The translations under genes and the position numbers were made by a program. From assembly GCA_036270255.1 (NCBI GenBank), contig DATBCW010000144.1, forward strand, positions 662-64,661: a stretch of 64,000 nt of DNA, given 5' to 3'. The notes under the pieces are model-generated. The model did not search any database, was not told the origin of the DNA, and worked only from the letters and a program-made list of their open reading frames with translations. The DNA is from Chthoniobacterales bacterium (GTDB lineage: Bacteria; Verrucomicrobiota; Verrucomicrobiia; Chthoniobacterales; UBA10450). This document shows, piece by piece, positions 52,501 through 61,456 of this stretch; position 1 is the first letter of the stretch, and the number at the start of each line of letters is the position of its first letter.

Positions 52501-55454
52501 TCGCCGTCGCTCTTGTAGCCGACGACGTAGGGCAGGGACGACACCAACTGCGAGGCCTGCCCGGTAATGCTGCGGCCGCCTTCGCCCTCGAACGCTTCCG
52601 CGAAGAAGCGCATCGAGTAAGTCGCGTCCGCGAACCGATCGAGTTGCAGGTCGAGGTCCGTCTTGCCGTCTGCGTCCGTGTTTTGTTCTCCCAGATCGAC
52701 GGTCTCGCTTCCCCGAACCTTTTTCTCGTCGAGCATCGGATCGAAAAAACTGTAGTCCTTGAACTCCTCGAATGAGAACGATGCTGGCCAGAGTTCGACC
52801 CTGCTCTTGACCCGGCGATCGCTTGCTGGCGTGCCGTAAAGATTTGCGAGCGCAATCGACGCTTTCATCTCCCGCGGATCGACCCACCCTTTTGCCGCGG
52901 TCTTCGAGAGCCGGGTCTCTATCTTCATCCGGTCGGGAAGAAATTCCTTCACGTTGACGGTGGTCGAGCCGAGAAGCGTCGAGCGCTTATCGTTCTTCAC
53001 CAGATAGACGTTGATCGAGTATTCGCCGGTAGGTGATTCGTAAGCGGTCTTGTAGCTCACCTCGGCGAAGCCGCTCGGCGGCAAGGCCAGCTTCTTCGTT
53101 TGCACCTTTAGGGCGCGGGCATCGACCACTTCAGTTTCAATCGGTAAACCGGCCAGCTTTCCGAGCCAGTTTCGTTGTTTGATCACGAACGCGATATGCA
53201 TCTTGTCGCCCGGCCGATAAACGCCGCGCTCGGTGAACACGAACGCGTCCAGATCTTCGGCGAGCACCTTGTTCACGCCATCGATGTCGAACCGCGAGAA
53301 GTTCACCATCCGGTCGTCGCGCGAGTAGGGGATGAAGCTGATGTCGTCGCCCAAGCGCGCGACATACACGACGGCTTTCCGTTCGTGCTCGTTCTTCTCG
53401 ACTGAGGTGAAAGTCACGCGGCCGTCCGGCGAAGTCTTTGCGCTTTGGACCGCGATCCCGTTGCGGCCGAGAATATCAACGGTCACGTTAGCGAGCGGCA
53501 GACCGGTCTTGATCGAGACGACGAAAACATCGCTTGTCTGGTCGGCATTCTTTTTAACCAGTAGCCCGAGATCGCTGACAAGAATGAACCGCGTCGTCTT
53601 TACGTTCTTGATGAACTTTTTCGCAACCGGGTCCCAGGCCCGGGCCGTGATGAAGAAGAGGCCGCGCTCACTTCCGCCGTCCGCTGGCTTTTGCAGATAC
53701 TTCCCTAAATCGAACGCGGAATAGTTCGCCTTCCATTTATTCTGGAGCGCGATCGTCTGGTCTTCGCGCGCGATCCGCGAAATGTTGTCCTGGTCGAACG
53801 AGCCGTTCTTAAATTCCGGCGCCTGGAATTCGCCCTCAGTCTGGCTAACCAGATGATTGATCTGGGTCGAGAGAACCCGATCGATCTCGAACTTGATTAC
53901 CGCGACGCCGCGCGACCGAACCGAGAGTTTCCTCTCACCGCCCAGCGCGAGCAGGCCACCGTCGCCCTGGATGTCGATTTCCTGCGGCAATTCCGCCGGG
54001 ATAACAAGCTCCGCGTGATTCTCCGCAAGGTCGTAACCGCTGCGCGCCTTCAGCCCCTTATCGACGCGAACGTAAAGTTGTCCGTCGCCTTCGAGCCGGA
54101 ACTTGAAATGGTGATCGCGCGCAAACTCTTTCTCTGTCGGGATGGCCGTGAATTTAACGACCGTCGCCTGCTCGAGTATTTCGTCGCTGACTTCATCGGC
54201 ATTCGCCCACTTCGTTCCGGCCGAATTGTCGACGGTCGTGTTCTCGTCCTCGTCACTTCCGCTTTCTTCCTCAGTTGTCTTCGCGGTTTCCTCAGACGTG
54301 CTCTCGTCGCTCGATGATTCGGTGGCGCTCTTTTCACTTGATTCGTCACTGGTCGATTCTTCCTCCGATTCATCCGTCTTTTTTACGTCGCGCTTAGGGA
54401 GAAGATAGATGTGCAGCGCCTTCGCCAATTCTGGCGTCGAGATGTCGCTGCTGGTTTCGATGTTCAGGATCTGTTCCGGCTCGCCTTCCTTGTTCCGGAC
54501 AATGCTGCTGTCGATCGCCTTGATCTGGAACGCCGTTGCCTTCGATGGGATCTGCGTCTTTTGCTCGACGGCGTCGTGCAACTGCGCCCCTCCCTGGTTC
54601 GTCCGCAATCCATCGGTTAGGACGAGCTTCATCCAGTCTTCCTCGGCCGGAAGGGTCACGGGGGAGCTCCGGATAAATGCGCGCCGGTTATGGTCGCCGA
54701 AGGTCACAGTGAAATGCGGCGCAGCCTCGTTAGGCGGAAACACGTTCGCGCCACCCTGCATATTGAGGGTGAGAGCTTTCTCGATTTGTCCTGGATCGAC
54801 CGAGTGCGTGAACTCGATCGTCGCCAGGACGCGCTGCACGCCGGGCTCTTTCGCATCCTCGGAAAGCGTGACGTCCTTCAGGTCGGCCCGAAACGACGGC
54901 GTGCTCGCGTCGTATTCCAGCTTGTCCATGCGGACATGCGACGGGAAGAACTCGCGGTCAAAAATGACGCGGAACTGTTTGTCCGCCGGCCAATCCTGCG
55001 CAGGCGTGAATGCAAGTTTGCTGTCGCTGATCCACTTCCAGGCGCCTGCGACCGGCGGGTCGAGCCGGACATGTGACAGCGTCGGGTTCTTCAAGTCCTC
55101 GAGCCGCGCGGCCGACTCGCTGAAGTCGACGGTCAACGGCGGAAACTTCAGCTCTTTGTCGAGCGGGGTAACCGGAATCGGCGCGACGGTTGCATGGACG
55201 GTGTGCGGTTTCGGCTGGCGTTGATACCAGCGCCAGGTCCAAACCGAGCCGCTCGCGATCAGGAATGCGCCTAGAACAATAACGGCGGCGAGAACCGGGT
55301 GCCCCCGCCGGTAAATGACCACCAGGGAGAAACCGCGTTGCAGCCAGTAAGGCGGCCGATACGAAAGCTGCCCGAACGCCGTCCGAAAAACCTTTCGAAT
55401 CCCTCGCGCCAACCACGCGAAGGGGCGGATCAAGAACCAGAAGAAGTTGTCCAT
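49542..55454 (-). CDS. Bacterial alpha-2-macroglobulin family protein (1,970 aa)
   Basis: Length, repeated MG-like beta-sandwich pattern, thioester-type motif FPHGCSEQITSAAF (CSEQ encoded at 50886-50897, reverse strand), immediately upstream of pbpC. N-terminal hydrophobic anchor HPVLAAVIVLGAFLIASGSVW. Confidence 0.85.
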   Translation of the reverse strand: MDNFFWFLIRPFAWLARGIRKVFRTAFGQLSYRPPYWLQRGFSLVVIYRRGHPVLAAVIVLGAFLIASGSVWTWRWYQRQPKPHTVHATVAPIPVTPLDKELKFPPLTVDFSESAARLEDLKNPTLSHVRLDPPVAGAWKWISDSKLAFTPAQDWPADKQFRVIFDREFFPSHVRMDKLEYDASTPSFRADLKDVTLSEDAKEPGVQRVLATIEFTHSVDPGQIEKALTLNMQGGANVFPPNEAAPHFTVTFGDHNRRAFIRSSPVTLPAEEDWMKLVLTDGLRTNQGGAQLHDAVEQKTQIPSKATAFQIKAIDSSIVRNKEGEPEQILNIETSSDISTPELAKALHIYLLPKRDVKKTDESEEESTSDESSEKSATESSSDESTSEETAKTTEEESGSDEDENTTVDNSAGTKWANADEVSDEILEQATVVKFTAIPTEKEFARDHHFKFRLEGDGQLYVRVDKGLKARSGYDLAENHAELVIPAELPQEIDIQGDGGLLALGGERKLSVRSRGVAVIKFEIDRVLSTQINHLVSQTEGEFQAPEFKNGSFDQDNISRIAREDQTIALQNKWKANYSAFDLGKYLQKPADGGSERGLFFITARAWDPVAKKFIKNVKTTRFILVSDLGLLVKKNADQTSDVFVVSIKTGLPLANVTVDILGRNGIAVQSAKTSPDGRVTFTSVEKNEHERKAVVYVARLGDDISFIPYSRDDRMVNFSRFDIDGVNKVLAEDLDAFVFTERGVYRPGDKMHIAFVIKQRNWLGKLAGLPIETEVVDARALKVQTKKLALPPSGFAEVSYKTAYESPTGEYSINVYLVKNDKRSTLLGSTTVNVKEFLPDRMKIETRLSKTAAKGWVDPREMKASIALANLYGTPASDRRVKSRVELWPASFSFEEFKDYSFFDPMLDEKKVRGSETVDLGEQNTDADGKTDLDLQLDRFADATYSMRFFAEAFEGEGGRSITGQASQLVSSLPYVVGYKSDGDLNYINASTPRAVDLLAVDSKLDKIALDDLTLTVIAQEYVSVVTKKDNGSYAYESVLKERVAKTEKLAIGTEGLRYQLPTGEPGDYVVELRDKDNRKVSRVRFSVVGRGIVKRSLDKNSELQVKLSKSQYNTGEEIEISITAPYAGSGLITIERDKVYAQLWFKTNAASSVQRIKVPDGFEGSGYINVALIRALDSKEIFTSPLSYGVVPFTANIERRRLKVELDTPAIAKPGEPLHIKYKTDRPSKIAVFAVDQGILQVSDYKLPDPLGFFFRKCALGVETSQIVDLIMPEFSILRSLSAFGGDGDNPKQLNPFKRVTEKPVVFWSGIIDADPTQREVVYDVPDYFAGTLTVMAVAVADDTTGAAEKNPLIRGPFVITPSVPTLAAPGDEFEVGVTVANNVEGSGENADVQIRAEASEHLQIVKTPSQTMRIAEGHEQTTTFSVKVNDKLGSGTVTFIASSGGKEMRLRSTISVRPPTTFMTQVRSSSFTKNSVDVPVSREMYPEFRKLSAAVSAVPLGLAHGLDAYLKDFPHGCSEQITSAAFCRLTLADESDFGLSKAEVATQLENVFAVLRRRQNDQGAFGYWAPEKGQDISFMSPYAMHFLIEAKAAGFAPPAEMFASGLRNLQVMVAKEPSDLDDACRIAYAIYLLSREGVVTTNYIINLRDYLDKNHAKEWKTDLTGVYLAGALHILKKEDDATKLIGAYKIGQVDKKRINDFYQPLGADSQYVAVLSREFPDRLKKLPATEFEKVLKPIGEGNFNTLSAAYAVLALKSYARIVAQHPPELSIIELDKAKKEKVLVTGTKLLQRANFSGDAAALSFRTPKALNPPGAYYQVIEAGFDRKLSDKPITDGLEVYRELLDKSNQPVTTTKLGEVVTVRLRIRSLRAEWISNVALIDLLPGGFEVVSSSLTPGVSEIKGVDYVDVREDRTIFYATVPTDTIEITYQIKSCNRGTFVVPPVFAESMYDRNLKGRGLGAKIVVTK

Positions 55455-55634
55455 AAAATAGCGTCCTTTGCGGCGCTGACTGAGTGACGGTCAGTCGGAT
55501 TGCTCTTGCACGGGGCAACGGGAGGCTAGTGAACGTCCGAAAATGAGGGAAGAACCAAATGGGCTTTCCGGGGTTGATGCGCGATTTGCCGACCTTGGGC
55601 TTGAACCGGAGGACACCGAACCTAGGCTAGAGCC

Positions 55635-56162
55635 ATGGAGGAAGCCGAAGTCCCTTTGGAACATCTGCACGAAGAAATCCATCATCACGCCGAGCATGGC
55701 GGACCACCGTGGATTTCATGGGTGGCGCTGAGCACGGCGATCCTCGCCGTTCTGGCGGCGATCGCAGGTCTGCTTTCCGGCAAACACGCAAACGAAGCGA
55801 TGATGGCCCAGATCGAGGCGTCGGATCAGTGGAGCTATTACCAGGCGAAAAGCATCAAGGCTTCGGTATTGGACGCGAAGATGACGTTGACGGCGGAAGC
55901 GACCGAGAAAGACAAGGAAAAGGCTGCGCAATACCAGGAAGAGCAAGCCGAGATCAAGCGGGAAGCAGAACACAAACAGTCCGAGGCGAAATCGAATTTT
56001 CACCAGCACGAGATTTTCGCGCGAGGCGTGACGATGTTTCAGATTGCCATCGCGATCGCCGCAATCTCAGCGCTAACCAAACGCCGTAGCTATTGGTTCC
56101 TCAGCATCATACTGGGCGCCGTGGGCTGCGTCTTTCTCGTGCTCGGCTGGATCGCGCACTGA
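55635..56162 (+). CDS. DUF4337-like membrane protein
   Basis: HHHAEHGG...WISWVALSTAILAVLAAIAGLL...SDQWSYYQAKSIKA... and C-terminal TM segments. Family call is from memory. Confidence 0.55.
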   Translation: MEEAEVPLEHLHEEIHHHAEHGGPPWISWVALSTAILAVLAAIAGLLSGKHANEAMMAQIEASDQWSYYQAKSIKASVLDAKMTLTAEATEKDKEKAAQYQEEQAEIKREAEHKQSEAKSNFHQHEIFARGVTMFQIAIAIAAISALTKRRSYWFLSIILGAVGCVFLVLGWIAH

Positions 56163-56167
56163 TCCGG

Positions 56168-56671
56168 ATGCGCGTTCTTTCCATCGACGCGTCTCTGCGC
56201 AACACCGGCGTGGCGGTGATCGATGGGAACAGCGGGAAACCGCGCGTGCTTTATTTTGGGGTGATTCATAACGCCAAGACGCTTCGCTCTTCGTCGTGTC
56301 TGGTCGCGATCCGCGATCGGCTCGCGGAGCTGATCCACGAGCACGAGCCGGATTGCTGCGCTCTCGAGTCCGTCATTTATGTCCAGAGTTACAAGACCGC
56401 GATCGTGCTCGGCGCGGCGCGCGGAGCCGCGATTCTCGCGGCCGCGGAGCGGGGCTTGCCGGTCTTTGAGTATGCGCCGAAACGAATCAAACAGGCGACT
56501 GTCGGTCGAGGAACAGCGGACAAAAACCAGGTCGCGTTTATGATTCGCGCCCTGCTTGGCCTGACGAAAACTCCCGGGCCCGACGAAGCGGACGCGCTCG
56601 CGATTGGCCTTACTCATCTTCGTTCACAGGAAGCCGCTCGGTTGGGAGTTCCAGGTGGAGCGCAAATATGA
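56168..56671 (+). CDS. ruvC: Crossover junction endodeoxyribonuclease RuvC
   Basis: ATG 56168. MRVLSIDASLRNTGVAVID, CALESVIY, YAPKRIKQATVGRGTADKNQV, PDEADALAIGLTH. Confidence 0.85.
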   Translation: MRVLSIDASLRNTGVAVIDGNSGKPRVLYFGVIHNAKTLRSSSCLVAIRDRLAELIHEHEPDCCALESVIYVQSYKTAIVLGAARGAAILAAAERGLPVFEYAPKRIKQATVGRGTADKNQVAFMIRALLGLTKTPGPDEADALAIGLTHLRSQEAARLGVPGGAQI

Positions 56672-57309
56672 ATGTGCGCTGGCTGGGACGGATGTCGTTC
56701 GCTGATGCGCTCACTTTGCAGGAGCGGTTGGTCGCGGATAAGCGTGGCGACCACTCGTTAGGCGATGAGCTACTTCTGCTGGAACACGACCCGGTTTATA
56801 CGATTGGCCGCACCCCGGACCAATCGAGCCTGCTCGGCGCTGGGCATCTTCCGCATCCGCTTTTTCCGATCAATCGCGGCGGCCAGGCGACGTATCATGG
56901 TCCCGGCCAGTTGATCGGTTATCCGATTATCGATCTGCGACGTTGCGGCCAGGATCTGCATCGGTATTTGCGTTGGCTCGAAGATTCACTGGTGGAAACG
57001 CTCGCCGAACTGGGAATCGCCGCGACGACGCGAAGCGGTTTGACTGGCGTGTGGGTGGAAAACCGAAAGATCGCGTCGATCGGCGTCGGCGTTCGCCATT
57101 GGATCACGATGCATGGTTTTGCGCTGAACGTTTGTGGCGATCTCTCGCCCTTCGATCAGATCGTTCCCTGCGGAATCGCAAACGTCACGATGACGTCGAT
57201 CGAAAAAGAAAGTGGCGATGCGCACACACCGGTGGAACTCGCCTCAAGAGTTGAGCGAATTGCTTTGAAGCGAATTCCAGCCTTGCGCGAGGCCGAGGCC
57301 CTCGTCTGA
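56668..57309 (+). CDS. lipB: Octanoyltransferase (lipoyl(octanoyl) transferase)
   Basis: LLLEHDPVYTIGR, INRGGQATYHGPGQLIGYPI, GVWVENRKIASIGV, HGFALNV. ATGA overlap with ruvC. Confidence 0.9.
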   Translation: MNVRWLGRMSFADALTLQERLVADKRGDHSLGDELLLLEHDPVYTIGRTPDQSSLLGAGHLPHPLFPINRGGQATYHGPGQLIGYPIIDLRRCGQDLHRYLRWLEDSLVETLAELGIAATTRSGLTGVWVENRKIASIGVGVRHWITMHGFALNVCGDLSPFDQIVPCGIANVTMTSIEKESGDAHTPVELASRVERIALKRIPALREAEALV

Positions 57310-57316
57310 TTCTCGC

Positions 57317-58141
57317 ATGGCTATTCCGCTCGAAGACAACGTTTCGGACATCATCGGCAAGGCGCAGCGCGGGCTCGGCATCTCCGATAGCCAGTTGGCC
57401 GAACGTGCGGGCGTGAGCACCGACGCAGTTCGAAAAGTTCGCAACGGTGATCTAACTGGCGACGCTGTCGAGCGGGTCGCGCCGATTTTAAAATTAAACG
57501 CGGCGGCGTTGCGCAAGCTCGCAGCCGGTGAGTGGAAACCAGAAGAAATCGGCGACATCGATGGTTTGGCCATGTTCAATACGACCTACGGAGACATAAC
57601 TGTGAATGCCTATCTTGTTTGGGATCCGGCGACCCGCGATGCGGTCGCGTTCGATACCGGCGCGAATTGCAGCGCGATGCTGAAACGAATCGAAGACGAA
57701 AAACTGAAGACGAAACTAATTCTGCTTACCCATGCGCATCCTGATCATGTTGCCGATCTGACGCGGTTGCGGAAAGCGACTGGAGCGCCGGTTTACATTT
57801 CCGAGCGGGAACCCGAAGAAGGCGCCGAGCCGATCCCGGAAGGCAAACATTTCAAGGTTGGGGCGCTCGCGATCGAAGCGCGGTTAACGTCCGGTCACTC
57901 CCCCGGCGGAATCACCTATGTCGTGACTGGACTGGCGCAGCCGATTGCGATCGTGGGCGATTCACTGTTCGCCGGATCGATGGGCGGCGGAAATGTTTCC
58001 TACCAGGACGCGCTTCGAAACAATCGCGAAAAAATCCTCACGCTCCCGGATGAAACGATTGTTTGTCCAGGGCACGGTCCGCTAACGACCGTCGGAAAAG
58101 AAAAACGCGACAATCCGTTTTTTGTTAACGTGGACGCATGA
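57317..58141 (+). CDS. Fusion of N-terminal XRE-like HTH segment and MBL-fold (glyoxalase II-like) metallo-hydrolase
   Basis: N-terminus GISDSQLAERAGVSTDAVRKVRNG. MBL core AYLVWD, LLTHAHPDHVADL (HxHxDH), GHSPGG, PGHGP. Confidence 0.7.
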   Translation: MAIPLEDNVSDIIGKAQRGLGISDSQLAERAGVSTDAVRKVRNGDLTGDAVERVAPILKLNAAALRKLAAGEWKPEEIGDIDGLAMFNTTYGDITVNAYLVWDPATRDAVAFDTGANCSAMLKRIEDEKLKTKLILLTHAHPDHVADLTRLRKATGAPVYISEREPEEGAEPIPEGKHFKVGALAIEARLTSGHSPGGITYVVTGLAQPIAIVGDSLFAGSMGGGNVSYQDALRNNREKILTLPDETIVCPGHGPLTTVGKEKRDNPFFVNVDA

Positions 58142-59028
58142 ATATCGGTTTCGTGGGCATAGGCAGAATGGGCGCGAACATGGCGCGCCGGTTAAAGGAC
58201 CGTGGCTATCACGTCACGACTGTTTTTGATCTGAACCGCGCGGCGGCGACTTCGCTCGCAACTGAGCTTGGATGCGCGGCGTGCCAGACGCTTGGCGACG
58301 TGACGGCGGGCGCGGACGTGATTTTCACGATCGTGACTGACGATGCTGCCATGAGGGAGATCTACACCGGGGCCGATAATCTTCTCGTCAATGCGCGGGG
58401 CAAGTTGTTCATCAATTGCGCCACGGTCTCGCCAGTCATTCATTTCGAAGTGGAAAAGTGGGTCGAGGCTGCCGGCGCGGCGTCGCTCGAGGCGTGCATG
58501 GCTTCGAGCATCATCCAGGCACGCGAAGGCTCGCTCTATCTGATGTGCGGCGGCAGCGAAGAAAATTTCCGGCGAGCCGAACCGATCCTGAAAGAACTGA
58601 GCAGCTCCCTTCGGTATATCGGTAAGGCGGGCGAGGCAGCGAAAGTGAAGGCGTTGGTCAACATGGTAATGAATATCAACACCGCTGGCCTCGCTGAAGG
58701 TCTCGGGCTTGGGGATTCGCTCGGTCTCGATCTGACCATGCTCCGCGAAGTTTTTTCCCAGACCGGCGCGGCGTCGCGCGTTCTGCAAACCGACGGCGAA
58801 GACATGCAGAATCGCGAGCATTCGTGTTTCTTTTCCGCGGCGCATGCCGCGAAAGACAGCGGAATCGCCCTGGCGCTCGCCGAAGAAATGGGCCTCGATC
58901 TTCCGCTCGCCCGCGAAACCAAAGCGCAATACGACAAGATGGTCGCGGCCGGCCTCGGTGAACTCGACAAATCGGGCATCGCCGAGCTGACCTTTAAAGC
59001 CCGCGTCACCGAGCAGACCGGCCCTTAA
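58138..59028 (+). CDS. NAD(P)-dependent oxidoreductase, 3-hydroxyisobutyrate/6-phosphogluconate dehydrogenase-like
   Basis: IGFVGIGRMGANMARRL (Rossmann GxGxxG), GAAKVKALVNM, AKDSGIAL. ATGA-type overlap with the upstream gene. Confidence 0.8.
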   Translation: MNIGFVGIGRMGANMARRLKDRGYHVTTVFDLNRAAATSLATELGCAACQTLGDVTAGADVIFTIVTDDAAMREIYTGADNLLVNARGKLFINCATVSPVIHFEVEKWVEAAGAASLEACMASSIIQAREGSLYLMCGGSEENFRRAEPILKELSSSLRYIGKAGEAAKVKALVNMVMNINTAGLAEGLGLGDSLGLDLTMLREVFSQTGAASRVLQTDGEDMQNREHSCFFSAAHAAKDSGIALALAEEMGLDLPLARETKAQYDKMVAAGLGELDKSGIAELTFKARVTEQTGP

Positions 59029-59522
59029 ATCTCGATCAATCTTGGCTCCGCGAGCACGAGTTGCGCGTCGCCGACGGTAATCACACCGTCGCCCAAGATC
59101 TGCGCGCGCAATCCACCGTTGCCTTGGAGGAATTCTTCGGCGCCGGGCGCGATCGCCTGGTTCATCCAATAGCAAGGCCGGCAATGCGCGGTCCCGCGGA
59201 GGCGAACCCCCTGAACGGAAAATTCCTGGCCGATCAAGTCGTTCAGATTAACGCCGGCAACGATTACGTTCCGACGCAGATTTCCGGGGGACTTGTTCGT
59301 TAGGCCAAACCGGTCGGCGAGTTTTTCGAAAACCTCGATGGAGAAGAACGTGATCTGGCCCTTGTAGTCGTCGCGATAATCATAAAACCGATCGCCGCGA
59401 ATTCCGCGGCCGGCGACGCATTCGATCTCACGAACTTCGATCAGTGGATGATCATCTGGCGCTCTGCCGTGATGCCCAAAGTAGTTGTGTCCGGAAGAGA
59501 TAAAGATCTGCCGGATGATCAT
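59025..59522 (-). CDS. MOSC domain protein
   Basis: GRGIRGDRF, RRNVIVAGVNLNDLIGQEFSVQGVRLRGTAHCRPC. Confidence 0.75.
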   Translation of the reverse strand: MIIRQIFISSGHNYFGHHGRAPDDHPLIEVREIECVAGRGIRGDRFYDYRDDYKGQITFFSIEVFEKLADRFGLTNKSPGNLRRNVIVAGVNLNDLIGQEFSVQGVRLRGTAHCRPCYWMNQAIAPGAEEFLQGNGGLRAQILGDGVITVGDAQLVLAEPRLIEI

Positions 59523-59532
59523 CGGGAAAAAG

Positions 59533-59892
59533 TTAACCGACGCGGAACCGAATTTCGCGGATGATCTTTGTTCCGAAACGCTGTTTCAATTTCCGCAGTA
59601 TTTCCGCTTTCGAAATTTGCTCGAACTGATAATGCAAAGCCGGTTGCAGCACGCGCACGTAAAGCACGCCGGCTCGCAAACTGACAGGCGCCGAGTGCGC
59701 TGCGATGAAATCACCAACGATCTGTTTCCAGGCCTCGATCACTTCGTTTTCGCGCAGGCGCTCGCTCAGCCCTAGCTGTTGCATCAGCTTCGGCAGCAAA
59801 TCGCCCGGCCCCTGCCAGCGATCCGGCCGCATCTTGTTGGCGGGAAGGCCGCGCCATTCGGCGATGACGGCGGCGCGCAGGGACGCGTTCAT
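59533..59892 (-). CDS. DUF721 (DciA-like) protein
   Basis: 119 aa, ...VIEAWKQIVGDFIAAHSAPVSLRAGVLYVRV..PALHYQF......ILRKL... pattern of DUF721. Family call is from memory. Confidence 0.55.
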   Translation of the reverse strand: MNASLRAAVIAEWRGLPANKMRPDRWQGPGDLLPKLMQQLGLSERLRENEVIEAWKQIVGDFIAAHSAPVSLRAGVLYVRVLQPALHYQFEQISKAEILRKLKQRFGTKIIREIRFRVG

Positions 59893-59905
59893 TGCGTGAA
59901 CGCGA

Positions 59906-61315
59906 TTAATACTTCCGCCGCATGTTGCTCGGCAGAATGTTTAGCTCGGTGCGGTACTTCGCGACGGTGCGCCGGGCAATCGGAATGCCGCGCTCGCTCA
60001 GGATCTCGACGATTTCCTTATCGCTCAATGGCGAGGAGCCGTTCTCGTTTTTCACCAGATCCATGATCGCTTCCTTGACGCTGGTGTTACTCATCGATTC
60101 GCCGGTCGCGGTCTGGTAACCAGGCGTAAAGAAATACTTCATCTCGAACACGCCCTGCGGCGTCGACATGTACTTCCCGGAAATCGCGCGGCTCACCGTG
60201 GTTTCGTGCACGCCCACGATGTCGGCGATCTGAACCATCGTCATCGGCTTCAAATGCGCGGTGCCGTGATCGAGAAATTCACGCTGCCGTTTGACAATCT
60301 CATGCGCGATGTTGGAGATCGTTTGCTGGCGCTGATGGATTGATTTGATCAGAAATTTTCCGCTCCGGATCTTGTCGCGAATGTAGTCTTTCACTTCGCT
60401 GCCGTTCCCGTCCTGCGCCATGATGTCTTTATAAGTGTTGCTGATGCGCAGGTGCGGAATCTGTTCGCCGTTCAGGATCACCTGATATTCGCCGTCGATT
60501 TTTTCCACGGTCACATCCGGCAACACGTAGTTCTGCGGTGCCGCGGCGAAAATCTGGCCGGGCCGCGGATCGAGCTGCGCGATATTGTTCGCGCACTTCT
60601 GGACTTGCTCGACCCCGATCCCCATCCGGCGTGCGATCTCAGGGAAACGCCGTTTCCCGAGGTCCGCCATATGGTCCTGGATGATTTTGTATTCGAGACT
60701 GTTGCCTTTTCCTTCGCGCTTCAACTGAATCAGCAGGCACTCCCGCAAATCGCGCGCACCGACGCCCGGCGGATAAAAGCTCTGAATGAGCAGGAGCATC
60801 GTCTCGAAATCTTCCTGGGCGATGCCGGTGTTGAGCGCCATTTCTTCCGGGGTGGTTCCGAGGAAACCGTTGTCGTCGACGTTGCCAATGATGAGCTCAG
60901 CGGTCTTGCGATCGTCGGCGTCGAGAGGCGTCTGGTTCAGCTGCCCCATGAGATGTTGCTGCAACGTTTCCTGGGTTGCGATTGAATCGAAGAAGAACTG
61001 CCTCTTTTCCTCTTCTTCTTGGGAACGGCCGCTGTAGCTCCCGGATTGCGCCATGTAATCGCGCCATTCGTCGTCGAGCTTCGCGAGCTGCTCGAACTCG
61101 GCTTTGAAATCGTCGTCCGCCTTGGTGGTGGCGGGCGCTTCTTCGGGGCCTTCGGCATTCGGTTCGGTTGCGAGTTCTTCGAGGACTGGATTGGTTTCCA
61201 TTTCCTGTTGAACGAGATTTCGCAGCTCCAAAAGCGGTGCCTGAAGAATGAGCAGGCTCTGTTGCAATTGCGGCGCAAGAACCTGTTGAAGAGACAGATT
61301 TTGCGATTGATGCAT
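59906..61315 (-). CDS. rpoN: RNA polymerase sigma-54 factor
   Basis: N-terminal Gln/Leu region MHQSQNLSLQQVLAPQLQQSLLILQ, NPVLEE, core-binding region, HTH IADIVGVHETTVSR, RpoN box ARRTVAKYR. ATG 61315 preferred; ATG 61330 and track TTG 61366 are alternatives. Confidence 0.92.
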   Translation of the reverse strand: MHQSQNLSLQQVLAPQLQQSLLILQAPLLELRNLVQQEMETNPVLEELATEPNAEGPEEAPATTKADDDFKAEFEQLAKLDDEWRDYMAQSGSYSGRSQEEEEKRQFFFDSIATQETLQQHLMGQLNQTPLDADDRKTAELIIGNVDDNGFLGTTPEEMALNTGIAQEDFETMLLLIQSFYPPGVGARDLRECLLIQLKREGKGNSLEYKIIQDHMADLGKRRFPEIARRMGIGVEQVQKCANNIAQLDPRPGQIFAAAPQNYVLPDVTVEKIDGEYQVILNGEQIPHLRISNTYKDIMAQDGNGSEVKDYIRDKIRSGKFLIKSIHQRQQTISNIAHEIVKRQREFLDHGTAHLKPMTMVQIADIVGVHETTVSRAISGKYMSTPQGVFEMKYFFTPGYQTATGESMSNTSVKEAIMDLVKNENGSSPLSDKEIVEILSERGIPIARRTVAKYRTELNILPSNMRRKY

Positions 61316-61456
61316 CACCGGGCCGGCCATGATCTGCGACGGTACGCTTCGGTCAGGGCGAAGCAAGCAATTACCACGCCGCGTTCCCTCGTAAAACCGC
61401 GTCGGCGCCTGGAGGAATACGACTTGCTTTTACAAGGCGAAAATCGATCTGCTCCC

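Noticed and set aside
61400-61456. Sigma-54 promoter upstream of the small secreted-protein pair (CTGGAGGAATACGACTTGCTT)
   Set aside because: GG and GC are 15 nt apart instead of the 12 nt of the TGGCAC-N5-TTGC consensus. I also scanned the other intergenic regions by eye for TGGCAC-N5-TTGC and found only in-gene or wrongly spaced matches (e.g. 31226, 36118).
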